A stretch of DNA of 64,000 nt from IMG/VR virus record IMGVR_UViG_3300015263_000597, positions 1 to 64,000 of that record; one strand, 5' to 3'. Shown one piece after another: positions 40,473-51,194 of this stretch. The notes under the pieces are model-generated. The model had not been told where the DNA came from and did no database searches. It saw only the letters and a program-made list of their open reading frames with translations. Source of the stretch: a virus. How positions within the stretch are numbered: the first letter of the stretch is position 1; each line of letters begins with the position of its first letter. The position numbers and the translations under genes are program-made.

Positions 40473-41565
40473 CACAATGACCAATAAAGACGAACTATCC
40501 GACCTTGCCTTTCTGTCCACAGACCCTGACGAGGGCATAGGCGTCTACATAGACCAATCCATTGCCGACGAGGACTTTGAGGGCGTTATACCTTGGGACA
40601 TTTCAATCGGAGACCTAACAGGCATGCCGTCCGAAATGGCTAGCCGATACGTCCCTCTCGTTGAAGACTTGTTGAAAAGGCTAAAAGACATAGCAGCTCG
40701 CGGGGAGTAAACTAACGGCACAGATAAGCGACTTTGTCTAGAGTGCCGCATACACTCGTCAGCCGGAGAGTGAAGCATGACCCATACAAACCTTCCAACA
40801 CCGCCATCTGATTCACTCGGGGAGTAGCTCATCGGGCACATTGACAGATACCTAATCACAGATTCAAAGGAATTGACACAATGACCAACAAAGACATCTG
40901 TCCTGAACTCTGGGCCATCGTGGATAGTCGCGGCCGTATCGTCAAATCTCGCGGTGGCTCAAGTACAGCTCGCCGCCTCATGGTATATCCGTCCTCCCGT
41001 CTTGCACAACTTGCGCTCAAAAATAGCTGGACACAGCAATACTACGGAGGTCGGGAACTGTACGTAAAACTGGTTTACAGGGCAGAGGAGACAAATAACG
41101 AGTAGATTGGGATAAAAAGACCGATACGAACTAGTTGACCTCACCTTTCTGTCCACAGACCATGACTAGGAAACCACCACGGCAATGCGTACCAAATACT
41201 ACGACGCTTACTTCCGCTGGCGTCCACATCTAACCACCCGCCAGCTGCGCAGTCTCCGCAGTACCCTTCGGCACACAGTGCTAGAGATAGAACGTGTCGG
41301 CGTAGACGGGCTGGAAGGGCAGATCCGTTGGCCTGAAGACGAGGACGATGTCACCAACGTGCTAGCTGCTGTAGAGCATGTAGTCAAGAAGGGCCTCATA
41401 GGCGCCATTGTGCCGCGTGGGTACGGAGACGACGGGCACGACGATACCATGTGTGACTGCGCTATACTCACACAACGTAACGACGTGAACACGATGGCAT
41501 GTGTGACAGTGCGTGCGTATACATCAATGCCGCCGCTGGCGGTAATAGACACAGAGGACTAAGCA

Positions 41566-41826
41566 ATGACTGACTTCTTCGGCGTTCCCATAATTGTAGT
41601 ACCAGAGCCAGTATCTTGCCAAGTTCGGTTCCCACGATCCAAAAAACGGCGTATACGGAAAAAGTGGGCGCGGAACGAAGACAACTGAAGAGCTACGGCA
41701 CTCCTTGACATAGGTGACATAATGCAAACACCGCACGGGCCGTACATGCGCGCTGCCACTGCGAACAGATTAGCACAGGAAATGAGGTCTCAGGGTACTT
41801 CCGGCCAAAGCATTACAAGATGGTAA
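41566..41826 (+). pseudogene. basic phage protein gene interrupted by one TGA
   Basis: MTDFFG..RFPRSKKRRIRKKWARNEDN*RATALL..; TGA at 41686; GAGGA RBS. Confidence 0.5.
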
Positions 41827-41908
41827 GTGGTGCCTGATTCGAGACACTAGTGTCATGGGACGTCACTGGTGTTAATAGACACAGGGCAGAAATCGCAGAT
41901 GAAGAAGA

Positions 41909-43510
41909 GTGCGTATAATGGACATACCTACCACAGCTCTAATCCCCCACGATCTAGTCACCCAAGTCTGCGCTGATCGCAATACGGCACTGACTGCATT
42001 TGACACATACTTCACTACAGTAGGCGCTGCCCGTAGCGCACTACACACCGCACTTAAACACTACGCCCGCGCCACTGGCGGTTCTGCCCGCTGGCCTGAC
42101 ACATCAGGCGAATCACAGGAGTTCTTTGACCTGATCAAGCAACCCGACCTGTCAGCTATTGAGCACACCACCCAACGCATCGTAGACACTGGCATTTGGC
42201 AATACCTCGTTTCTACTAGCGGCCTAGCTACCATGATGGACGCGACCGCAAAGGCTGAACTAGACGCACAACTGTCCTACGTACCACCTAACGCCGCGCA
42301 CTCCCGTAATCAATCCTCACTAGCTACCAGTGAGCAACTCTCACCAACTACCCTTCCGCCCATCACCGTAGAGAACATCGAAGCTACTCTAGAAGCCTTT
42401 CGCGCCCAAGCGCCTTCAATAGTAGCCCGCGGTATAGCCGAAGCATTCAGCGCCCTCGACAATCGGTTCAAAACCCACAACGGGTTCAAAGTCGGCTACT
42501 GCGGCCCGTCGTCAAAAACCGCAGGGCGTATCATACTCAACTACGCGGTGGGCGACACTACATGGTGTAGTACAGACTGGCACGATGAGTACAAACCAAC
42601 ATCAGCGTACAATCGCCTACTTGACGTAGAACGCTGTTTCCGTGCCCTCGACGGAAAGTCAGTAGCCGGCAACTGGCTAGAGGACAGTGCGGTAAAGACC
42701 GTAATGCGGGAACGAAAGGCCAATAAACCCACTGATATAATGTCTCGTCGTACACGCACATGGCCATCTACACATGACACCGAGTACTTCATTATACGTA
42801 TCTTCGCTAAAGGCACCTGTCACGTATGGTTCAAACGCGCCGACCTGGTCCGGCGTGTCAATGACATCCTTGCCAAGTACTACGGAGCTACACTAGGTTG
42901 GGGTGTGTATGGCGAGAAAAGTACAGAAGACCCGTTACGCGATGCCGAACATAGACCACTGGCGCCGCGTCTAGGCGAGTACTTCACACCGGCTACCGTT
43001 GTGGACTTTGTACGCGCACGTACTCATTACGAGCGGCTAACTAAAGAATCGCTGTGCTTAGAGCCGTCCGCAGGCAGTGGGAACTTAGCGTCTGTACTAA
43101 CAGACCTAGGGCTCAGAACCGACTGCGTGGAAATACAGCCCGCCTTAGCCCGCGTGCTGCAAAACTCCGGCATGTATAACCACGTCTACTTCGAAAACTT
43201 CCTTCATCTCCCAGTGCAGCCGAAGTACTCAGGCGTACTTATGAACCCGCCATTTAACTATGAAGGTGGTATAGACCACGCTAACCGCGCGTTACAATTC
43301 CTAGACACCAGCAGTCCATTCGAGTTCGCCGCTATCCTAGGCGCCAGTGCACGCTATAGCGCCACTAGCAAAGCTACTGCTTTCCGTGCTAAGATCGACA
43401 GGCTAGCTAGCGAATGGGACGCCATGGTAACTTGGTACGATCTGCCCCCAAGATCCTTCGTGCCTGCTGGTACCAATGTAAACACCGTACTACTAACCAT
43501 AAGGAAGTAA
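41909..43510 (+). CDS. DUF4942 domain fused to amino-DNA methyltransferase
   Basis: ENIEATL..RGIAEAFSAL..FKTH, EYFIIRIFAKGTCHVWFKRADLV; MTase YFTP, LEPSAGSG, MNPPF. Confidence 0.85.
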   Translation: MRIMDIPTTALIPHDLVTQVCADRNTALTAFDTYFTTVGAARSALHTALKHYARATGGSARWPDTSGESQEFFDLIKQPDLSAIEHTTQRIVDTGIWQYLVSTSGLATMMDATAKAELDAQLSYVPPNAAHSRNQSSLATSEQLSPTTLPPITVENIEATLEAFRAQAPSIVARGIAEAFSALDNRFKTHNGFKVGYCGPSSKTAGRIILNYAVGDTTWCSTDWHDEYKPTSAYNRLLDVERCFRALDGKSVAGNWLEDSAVKTVMRERKANKPTDIMSRRTRTWPSTHDTEYFIIRIFAKGTCHVWFKRADLVRRVNDILAKYYGATLGWGVYGEKSTEDPLRDAEHRPLAPRLGEYFTPATVVDFVRARTHYERLTKESLCLEPSAGSGNLASVLTDLGLRTDCVEIQPALARVLQNSGMYNHVYFENFLHLPVQPKYSGVLMNPPFNYEGGIDHANRALQFLDTSSPFEFAAILGASARYSATSKATAFRAKIDRLASEWDAMVTWYDLPPRSFVPAGTNVNTVLLTIRK

Positions 43511-44011
43511 CACATGTTCAAATGGACCACTGAACCGCTTAGAACCTACAGCAAGTTCAAGCGAATACTGCACATATACAATGGACGGGAGGTACACTAT
43601 CCTATATGGCGTAAGGCTTGGCTGGCTGCGACAGAAGCTGCACTACTTACAGATGAGATGCTAGATACCCGGGAGTACATAGAGTCCTGCCAAGAAGAAC
43701 TCTATGTAGCCTTTGTAGACTAGGTGTAAGATAAGAGACTAAGTAATGAGATACCGTCAAGCTAAAAAGATCTTCTGTACATCTGCGTTTAGTAGCTCAC
43801 TACCGTGCTGGAAGAAGTACCGTGGACGTAACACATTTGCACGCAAAATAACTCGTATACAAAGACGTGTCATGAAGCGGTTTATACGCCAAATAGAGCA
43901 GCTAGAGGAGCGATTTGCGGAAGCTACACAAGCTGTCAAAGAGCTATCCAGTACCATGAACTCCCTGTCCCGCAGCACTGTATTACACCACTAACACACC
44001 GGGAACCCGCG

Positions 44012-44566
44012 ATGAAACTCTACCCCAAGGAACTTACCCTCCTACGCGTCATTGACCACGAGCACATCAGTGCTACGTCGGACAGCATCGCCTTTGCGCC
44101 GTCCTGCACTCAAGCGCACATAGACCGCGCGGATGCCGAACTGCCCACTCTATCCGGCGAACTGTTCCGTGAGGAAGTATTCGGTATCAACGCTCGAAAC
44201 AAGCTACAACACGAATGGAGTAAACTAGGCCGCAGGACGAATACTGCCCGTATAGCTCACCTACAGGAACTTATCCTACTCAACGGTGGTACATGCAACA
44301 CGTATCGAACCGTCCAGGAAGCCGAAGCGCACTTGACTGAGCGGTACCGACTTAGCATACGCTGTACCATGGGCGGTGGCGACTTCCTTAGTTATGTGGC
44401 CCGTACAGTAGAAGCGGACTGGAGTAATCTAGATCCCGACTGCCTTGACGAACTGACGTACTATAACGAAACTGACTTAATCTGCTACAAACGCGCTGTG
44501 TGTCTCCGTCTCCGTGAGCTTGCCAGACTACCGGTACTAAACGATGAAAGAGATGATCTGCCATGA
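44012..44566 (+). CDS. hypothetical protein
   Basis: 184 aa ORF in a co-directional cluster. Confidence 0.55.
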   Translation: MKLYPKELTLLRVIDHEHISATSDSIAFAPSCTQAHIDRADAELPTLSGELFREEVFGINARNKLQHEWSKLGRRTNTARIAHLQELILLNGGTCNTYRTVQEAEAHLTERYRLSIRCTMGGGDFLSYVARTVEADWSNLDPDCLDELTYYNETDLICYKRAVCLRLRELARLPVLNDERDDLP

Positions 44567-44779
44567 GCAACACTGTCCTTTGCCATCACACAAGTGACGA
44601 AACGTGTGACTTCTGCATCCCATGGAACGAGCGTCCGGAACTCCTAGAGCGCGTAACGAATGTTAATGACAAAGTAGAAGTGCAGCCGGTATACATGACA
44701 CGAGCGGAGCTGGCCGCACTGCCGGAGTCATACCACTGTATTACACTACTAACACACTGATAGCCGTCAAATAGTTACT

Positions 44780-45424
44780 ATGTCAACTTTCATCCTAGAT
44801 CGCGCTACGATGGATAACCCTCAAGGGCGCGTACCGATACTTGAAACCATGTACCACCGTGGTCCATCTGACGGTGGTTGGGATTTCGACACGTTGCGCG
44901 CGGACTACGAGTCTTACCGTACACGCGTCACGCCATTACCCAAAAAGGTAGCGTTGGCTAGGGCGTTACGTATCAACAAGCGCCAAGTCGAAACCGCTCT
45001 TAGCTTTCACTTTAAGGGCATAGACATCAAAGGCACCCCGTTGTCGGCTAATAGGATAGAGTTTTATGACCGCATAGCGGCAGTTATAGATGATGTGGAT
45101 AATGGCGAAAAGTTACTTGAACATTGGGACGGGTTGGGGCATAAGCTAGCTAATCAGAACGCGTTTAAGTATGCAGCGCTGGTGCATCCCGATTTCATTG
45201 AACCGATGAAAAGTGAGCGCGAGCGTACTGTGGTAATGAAGGGCATAGAGCAAGGGCTGATACGTGCGCAGCAGATGTTGAGTGGGGTAGCGGATGCTAC
45301 GGCATTGGACACGGCGGTAGCGGTGACAAGGGCAGTAAATGCTGGCAATACGCCAGAGGCTAGGGAGATCCTTGTGGCATTTGTGGCAGAAACGTTCCAG
45401 GCGGCATTGGTAGATAGATCCTAG
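44780..45424 (+). CDS. hypothetical protein (possible terminase small subunit)
   Basis: HTH-like KVALARALRINKRQVE plus helical C-terminus, upstream of terL; function inferred. Confidence 0.4.
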   Translation: MSTFILDRATMDNPQGRVPILETMYHRGPSDGGWDFDTLRADYESYRTRVTPLPKKVALARALRINKRQVETALSFHFKGIDIKGTPLSANRIEFYDRIAAVIDDVDNGEKLLEHWDGLGHKLANQNAFKYAALVHPDFIEPMKSERERTVVMKGIEQGLIRAQQMLSGVADATALDTAVAVTRAVNAGNTPEAREILVAFVAETFQAALVDRS

Positions 45425-46220
45425 TGTGAACACAAGAAAGGCGAGTGATGAGCAAGACGGTAGATTGTTTCATTGACAGAGATAACAGCGGGCACTGGTA
45501 CCTAGTCGAAGAGGAACACATATCAAGGAGTGGTGAACGATGTGCAAAGCTAGCAAGTACCGTTTGCTAAAGGAGGGTGAGACAGTCCGTCCGCTTGATG
45601 AGTTCTACGATGACGACGCGAAGAAGTGGAAACATGTGATGAATTCCGTTGGTAAGCCGGCACCTAACCCGTGTTACACGTCACATCGGCTGTTTCGACG
45701 TAGGCTTAAAGACGTTTAGTCACTGGAGGGATGTATGAGGCAATGGCCAGTACAGTTCACCGTAGACCAAGTTGCCTTAGAGCAATTTGCCAGAGAAGTA
45801 CGGCAGGTTGTAGAAGACCGCTTGCCAGACGTGGGAGAACACGAGAAGTGCACAATACAGCCTCTAGAGCTGGGTAACTGCGAAATACATATCCGTGGTC
45901 ACAGTATACGAGTATACGACGGTGAGCACTGGAGAGAGGTAAGCAGCGTGAGTGACGCAGTAGCTATCATAGTGGGTGAGCGAGCTAGAGAACGACACAC
46001 TGGTATGAAAGCGCACATTCTCGAAACAGCAGACAAGGACGTTAGGTAACTGATGGGCAAAGCATACCAGTTGTATATGTTCGACATGGGTAGCCAGGGC
46101 ACAGGGATGCTTATCATGCTGAATGAAAAGCCTGCGCACATCGACTCTCTACCTCTAGATGACCAGGAGGACATAAGGAAGTCTGTACACCAGTGGGAGA
46201 TAGACAGAATGAAAGGCCCC

Positions 46221-46249
46221 TTGACAAACGCTGCTGGCTAGTGTAGGAT
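46221..46249 (+). promoter_or_regulatory. sigma70-type promoter
   Basis: TTGACA-17 nt-TAGGAT followed by a long hairpin leader. Confidence 0.7.
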
Positions 46250-46358
46250 GCGTATAGTACTGGTCGCATGACGTAGGCGCGAGGCAGAAAACACGCTGCG
46301 GCGCATGTTGTCAGCGACTAGGCGGGCAGAGCGATAAAGGAAGCTAAAGGAGACCAAC

Positions 46359-46583
46359 GTGCTTAAGTGGGAAGAGTACTCGCAGGTCAACACTGTCTGG
46401 GAAAACACAGCAGACGATGAGCCCGTATTCATCATCTGTGGACGTGATGAGCTCGCCGCAGTGCCTATTGTTGCCTGGATCGAAGCAGCCCGCGCAGCGG
46501 GTGTAGCGCATGAAAAGATCAAAGACGCTGAAGAGCTTCTACAGAGCTTTCGCGATTACGAACATAAGAAACTGCCTGACTAA
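46359..46583 (+). CDS. conserved small phage protein
   Basis: DDEPVFIICGRD..A...W..KKLPD pattern; AAAGGAG RBS. Confidence 0.65.
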   Translation: MLKWEEYSQVNTVWENTADDEPVFIICGRDELAAVPIVAWIEAARAAGVAHEKIKDAEELLQSFRDYEHKKLPD

Positions 46584-47689
46584 GTAGAAAGGACTACGAC
46601 CATGAACACACCAGACATCTACCGTGAAGCCGCCGCAGAGTGCATTACCGCACAGAACGAAGCGATACGTAAAGCGCGTGCTATCGCATCTACGAAACTT
46701 TTCGACGCGGACCGCCGTAGAGCATTCAAAGCAGCTAGTTCCGCTGGTGACGGGTACGGTGAGTGCGCGGCGCTGTACTGTACGTTGGCGAGTAATGCAG
46801 TAGCTAAGAGAGCTCGATTGGATGTCAGCACCTGAAGATAGTTTCCGCGATCTACTAGAGATACTACGTGACGTACCTGCGTTCACGTTCTCTATTAACT
46901 GTGTGTCTGGTCTAGTAGGCTGCGATGTATGCCAGTGCTGGCGATGTACTGGCGTAGAGCCAAAAGACGAGAATCCTGGCTGGCGCAGAGCGGCGCAGTT
47001 GATAACCGAAGGACACAGAGCTGAATTGTCCAGATGGCTACAGGAGAACAAGAATGGAACCTAAAAAGACCCTCTACACTGTTATCGTCCCCATGTCTGG
47101 TGCAGCCGTGCTCCAGTTCGTCGGTGATTCTGACCTAACTGACAACGACGCGGTGTGTATTGCTATCCAGGGCGTAGAGGACGCGTCACTGAAAGTCATC
47201 AATGGCGGATCATTGTGCGATATTAAAGAATGGGAGTTGCACGAGGGGTCAGTAGATCGTGGTAACGTCTGCTACTTTTCTCACACCTCGCCTGACGTGT
47301 ACAGAGAGGACTATGAGTGATAATGAATAGCACAGTGACTCCGCTACTTAGTGACTTACGCACATCTCCACCAGACTGCGACGAGATTTGTGATGGAACC
47401 GACTTTGCTATGAGTAGGCACGAGCTATATAAAAGCACCTACTGAGTACCCATGAACCACATACATATCAGGATACAGTGCGATGTCTCAGACGAAGACG
47501 CGCTAAAGACGCGATAGAGATGGTCAGTGCTGTTATAGATGACGGCCGTGTTTCCGTGTCTCGCTTTGGTCCGTCTTACTGTTCGGTGACACGGTTCGAG
47601 TCTTCTAGTGATGGCACGAGCTGCACAGTGATTGCGCATAGGACGAAGAAAAGCGACGTATTCGTAGTACGAAAGTGATACGGTAGTTT

Positions 47690-49444
47690 GTGAGCTTCTA
47701 CGACGACTTACTAACTGGCTACGACGAACTGGTATCCACTCCAGAGGGGCTACCTGCGTCCGTAATAAACCGCCTCCAAGTACACCAATCTCGTATGTCC
47801 ACGCGGTCTCGTACTTGCCAGTCATGGCTGTACGAAAAACTCCCCGGCGTATTCAGTGATCCACCAGCGCGGTTTCACACTGACTTCTTTCATCATGTGG
47901 ATACGCTGCGTCTCGGTGAGAAATCCCGTCCATACTTAGCCTGTCTACCTCGTGCAGCTGGCAAGTCTACCGTTGGCATGGGCGCTGCTGCGTTCCTCTC
48001 CGCCATGGGGCAAACTCGCTACGCCCTAGTATTATCTGAACATCTACCTAACGCACAAGACAGGCTGAAGTCACTGAGACTACTATTCGACGAACCCTCG
48101 TTTCGCCGCTCTTACCCATTGATAGCCAAGCCTGCCATGACTGCGGAAGGGCGGTTGTTAGGTTGGAGCAATCGTATTCTCTTTACAAAATCCGGCCACA
48201 TATTCCAGGCCACTAGTCTAGAAGCTGGCAAGCGCGGTGCCAATCAAGCCAGTGTAGAACAGCCTGATCCAGATATGCCGGACGAAGCACGTGAGCTACT
48301 GAAAGCTGTTCGGCCTGATCTACTCATCATAGATGATATCGACAACCAGCTTGACACAGCGCGCGCAACGGCGCGTAAAGAGTCCATCCTGTCTACCGAA
48401 GTGGTACCCATGGGCAGCCGACAGTACCCGTTACGTGTTCTTATACTCCAAAACAGGATCATACACAGCGGTGTGATAGGTCGTATCATTGAACGCAAAA
48501 GCTCGTGTTTTAACGACGCAATAGTCAGTGGTCCATGGAAGGCCATAGTAGACCTGAAGACTAAACCAGTGATGCGCAAGGTCAAGGCTACTGGGGCAGA
48601 GAGCATGAGTGAAGCAGAGCTAGATGAGTACGTTCGTCAGCAACATGACGCAAGTCACCAGCAAGAGAGCGCACTTGAGCAATACGTAGAATACCCAGCA
48701 CATGACATCGTGGGCGGTATCCCTAGCTGGCCGGAGGGGATGAGTATAGCCAAGTGTCAGCAGCTAATCGACGACATGGGTATAGGGGCGTTTCGCGTAG
48801 AAATGAACCACGAGACTACGAATCGCGAAGGGGCGTTGCTGGACGATTCGTACTTTCAACAAGTACCAGATGAGTTTGACTTAAAAACGATCCGTGAACG
48901 TATTGTATCCGTTGACCCTGGCGGCGGTGCTACAGAGTCTGGCATTACTGTAATAGGCCGCTCTATAGGTGAGAAGGCTGGTACCCGATGCATGATGTAC
49001 TACGTCATGGAGGACTTGACTACGGGGCCGCGCGAAGGTTGGGAGGTCGTTGCTGTCATGGCGGCTCATCGGCACAAATGTGACATACTGGTAGAGGACA
49101 ACTACGGCGGCAAGAATCTAATCCGTGCAGTAGAAACAGTGCGCGATGACCTGCGACGACGTGGTAAGATACCTGGTCGACTACCTCAAGTCCACCCCGT
49201 ACACGCTAGCAACAACAAACATGACCGCGCTGTACCGTTCTCTATGGTGTACAAAGAAGGCCGAGTGTGGCACGTAGGTGACCAATCGCGGTTGGAAAAA
49301 CAGTGGACTAGTGCTATACTGGAGCAGAAGGGCGTAGAGAGCCCGGATACACTGGATAGTGCGGTCCATGGGTATAACTACCTGGATAGTAAGCCGCAAG
49401 GTATCGTGGTTGCTGTTGGCGCTGGTACAGATAGCTTTGTGTAA
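47690..49444 (+). CDS. terL: terminase large subunit
   Basis: PRAAGKST Walker A, RPDLLIIDDID Walker B, nuclease VSVDPG..ESGI, VEDNYGG, KHDRA, SPDTLDS. Confidence 0.9.
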   Translation: MSFYDDLLTGYDELVSTPEGLPASVINRLQVHQSRMSTRSRTCQSWLYEKLPGVFSDPPARFHTDFFHHVDTLRLGEKSRPYLACLPRAAGKSTVGMGAAAFLSAMGQTRYALVLSEHLPNAQDRLKSLRLLFDEPSFRRSYPLIAKPAMTAEGRLLGWSNRILFTKSGHIFQATSLEAGKRGANQASVEQPDPDMPDEARELLKAVRPDLLIIDDIDNQLDTARATARKESILSTEVVPMGSRQYPLRVLILQNRIIHSGVIGRIIERKSSCFNDAIVSGPWKAIVDLKTKPVMRKVKATGAESMSEAELDEYVRQQHDASHQQESALEQYVEYPAHDIVGGIPSWPEGMSIAKCQQLIDDMGIGAFRVEMNHETTNREGALLDDSYFQQVPDEFDLKTIRERIVSVDPGGGATESGITVIGRSIGEKAGTRCMMYYVMEDLTTGPREGWEVVAVMAAHRHKCDILVEDNYGGKNLIRAVETVRDDLRRRGKIPGRLPQVHPVHASNNKHDRAVPFSMVYKEGRVWHVGDQSRLEKQWTSAILEQKGVESPDTLDSAVHGYNYLDSKPQGIVVAVGAGTDSFV

Positions 49445-50777
49445 GTAAGGGAGATCCACTTGGCACATACAGAAACAATCAAGCAAGCGCACGCCAGAAT
49501 TGCTGCTGCCCTTGACATGGAAATGGACAAGTCTGGAATCACTGCTATGTACCCGGGGTGTGCAAGCTCGCATGGACTTGCGTATATAGTGCTCGACGTG
49601 GTACGCACTGGGCAAGACATTGAACAGTGGACGATACGTGCGGATGTCAATGTGCCCGCTGGTAACCATGGGCCTGCCATGTTAGCTAAGAGGCTTGGCG
49701 AGCTAGCACAACTATCTCATGTTCAAGCGTGTGCGATGGCTATGGTAGGAGGTAGAACTTGGAACATGATAGAGTAGGTAGTATACACAACGGTGCTTAT
49801 CCAAGGAGAGCAGAAAATGTCCATCAAGATGCGCAAGATAATCTACAGAACACTAACTAGGATTGCCTGTTGGTTAGGCTCTCATGATGTGTACGTACTA
49901 CACGACGGACTAGGGAGTAGCTCTTTACCTGCGTGTCGTAGATGTGGCAAGCTGTTTCAGCGCAGATAGCTTTGTGTAGGAGAACGAAAAATGGCACTTC
50001 CTATTTACGAGCACAGACAAGTCGGCGACCACGAAACTCTACGTAAAGCTCTTACGGAAGAGGGGGCGTCTGTATCACAGATGTATGTAGACGACAGCGA
50101 CACTGCCTGGGTTAACTGGGATGCAACAGTCCCGTCTAAAAACGTGTCCCTAGTTATTCGTGCGTATGGCAATAAAAGCAGAACACCTACTTTGGAAGTC
50201 GGTTTAATTATAGGCGATATCGAACTACCGCTATCTGGTAGCTTATCTCCAGAGCATAGAGCAGCAGATGAGGAACCTGATCAATGACACACATAGCTTT
50301 GTGAGAATAAAGGAGTGCGTAATGGGACTTTTTGACTTTGTAGAAGACGCCTTGACTACAGTCGTGGAAACGCCGCGCAAAGTAGTCAACATGTCTGGTG
50401 ACGTGGTAGCAAAAGTCGCTAAGGAAGCAGTACAAGCGCCAGACGTTATAGCTGATAACGTTGATAAGGTGCTTAGTTCATTGCTAGACAGTGACTAGCT
50501 AGAGGGCAGCTATGGATAACAAAGACACCGCAGTTAAGCAAGAACGTCAGATACGTGCTGATCTAGAGTCAACAAATGCGTGTGGCAGTGAAAGTATAGG
50601 ACTAGCAAATCTCGCAAGACACATGTCTAACGTAGCCCTGTCGAAACGCCAGGAATCTGGCATGGGTCAAAGGGACGCACTACGCCTAGAGTCTATAGCG
50701 ACCAAAGCCGACGAGCTTGCAGAGTTGCTGGACGCGTGGATGCCTACAGACAGTCTTCAGATCTACTGGAGACACTG

Positions 50778-51194
50778 ATGGAACTAACAGAGCTACAGCA
50801 ACTGCTCGCAGACATTGGCACACGTATGCAACGTGCTATGTCGCTCGGTCTCTGGGATATTCAGTTCGTTGCTGCAAAGTCATCAGACGCCGATGATGGA
50901 AGAATCGGTCTGTGCAGTCCGTTAGTATCGTATGAAACAGCTGTAGTCACTCTGTACTCTGATCGCGTACACACACGTGTAGATGTGCTAAGATCAGTTC
51001 GACATGAACTTATACACATTATGCTGAGTGATGTAGATATGATAGTAGAGTGTGCACGTACAGCCATCGGCGACAACACAGAGATATTCGAGATTGCAAG
51101 ACGTCATGCAGAAGAACGACAAGTGCTGGCTACTGAACGCTTACTTGACAGCGTGAGTCTAACAGCTGAGAAGTTACTGGAGATGGGTCAATGA
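50778..51194 (+). CDS. HExxH zincin-like metallopeptidase domain protein
   Basis: VRHELIH with a downstream EE. Confidence 0.6.
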   Translation: MELTELQQLLADIGTRMQRAMSLGLWDIQFVAAKSSDADDGRIGLCSPLVSYETAVVTLYSDRVHTRVDVLRSVRHELIHIMLSDVDMIVECARTAIGDNTEIFEIARRHAEERQVLATERLLDSVSLTAEKLLEMGQ

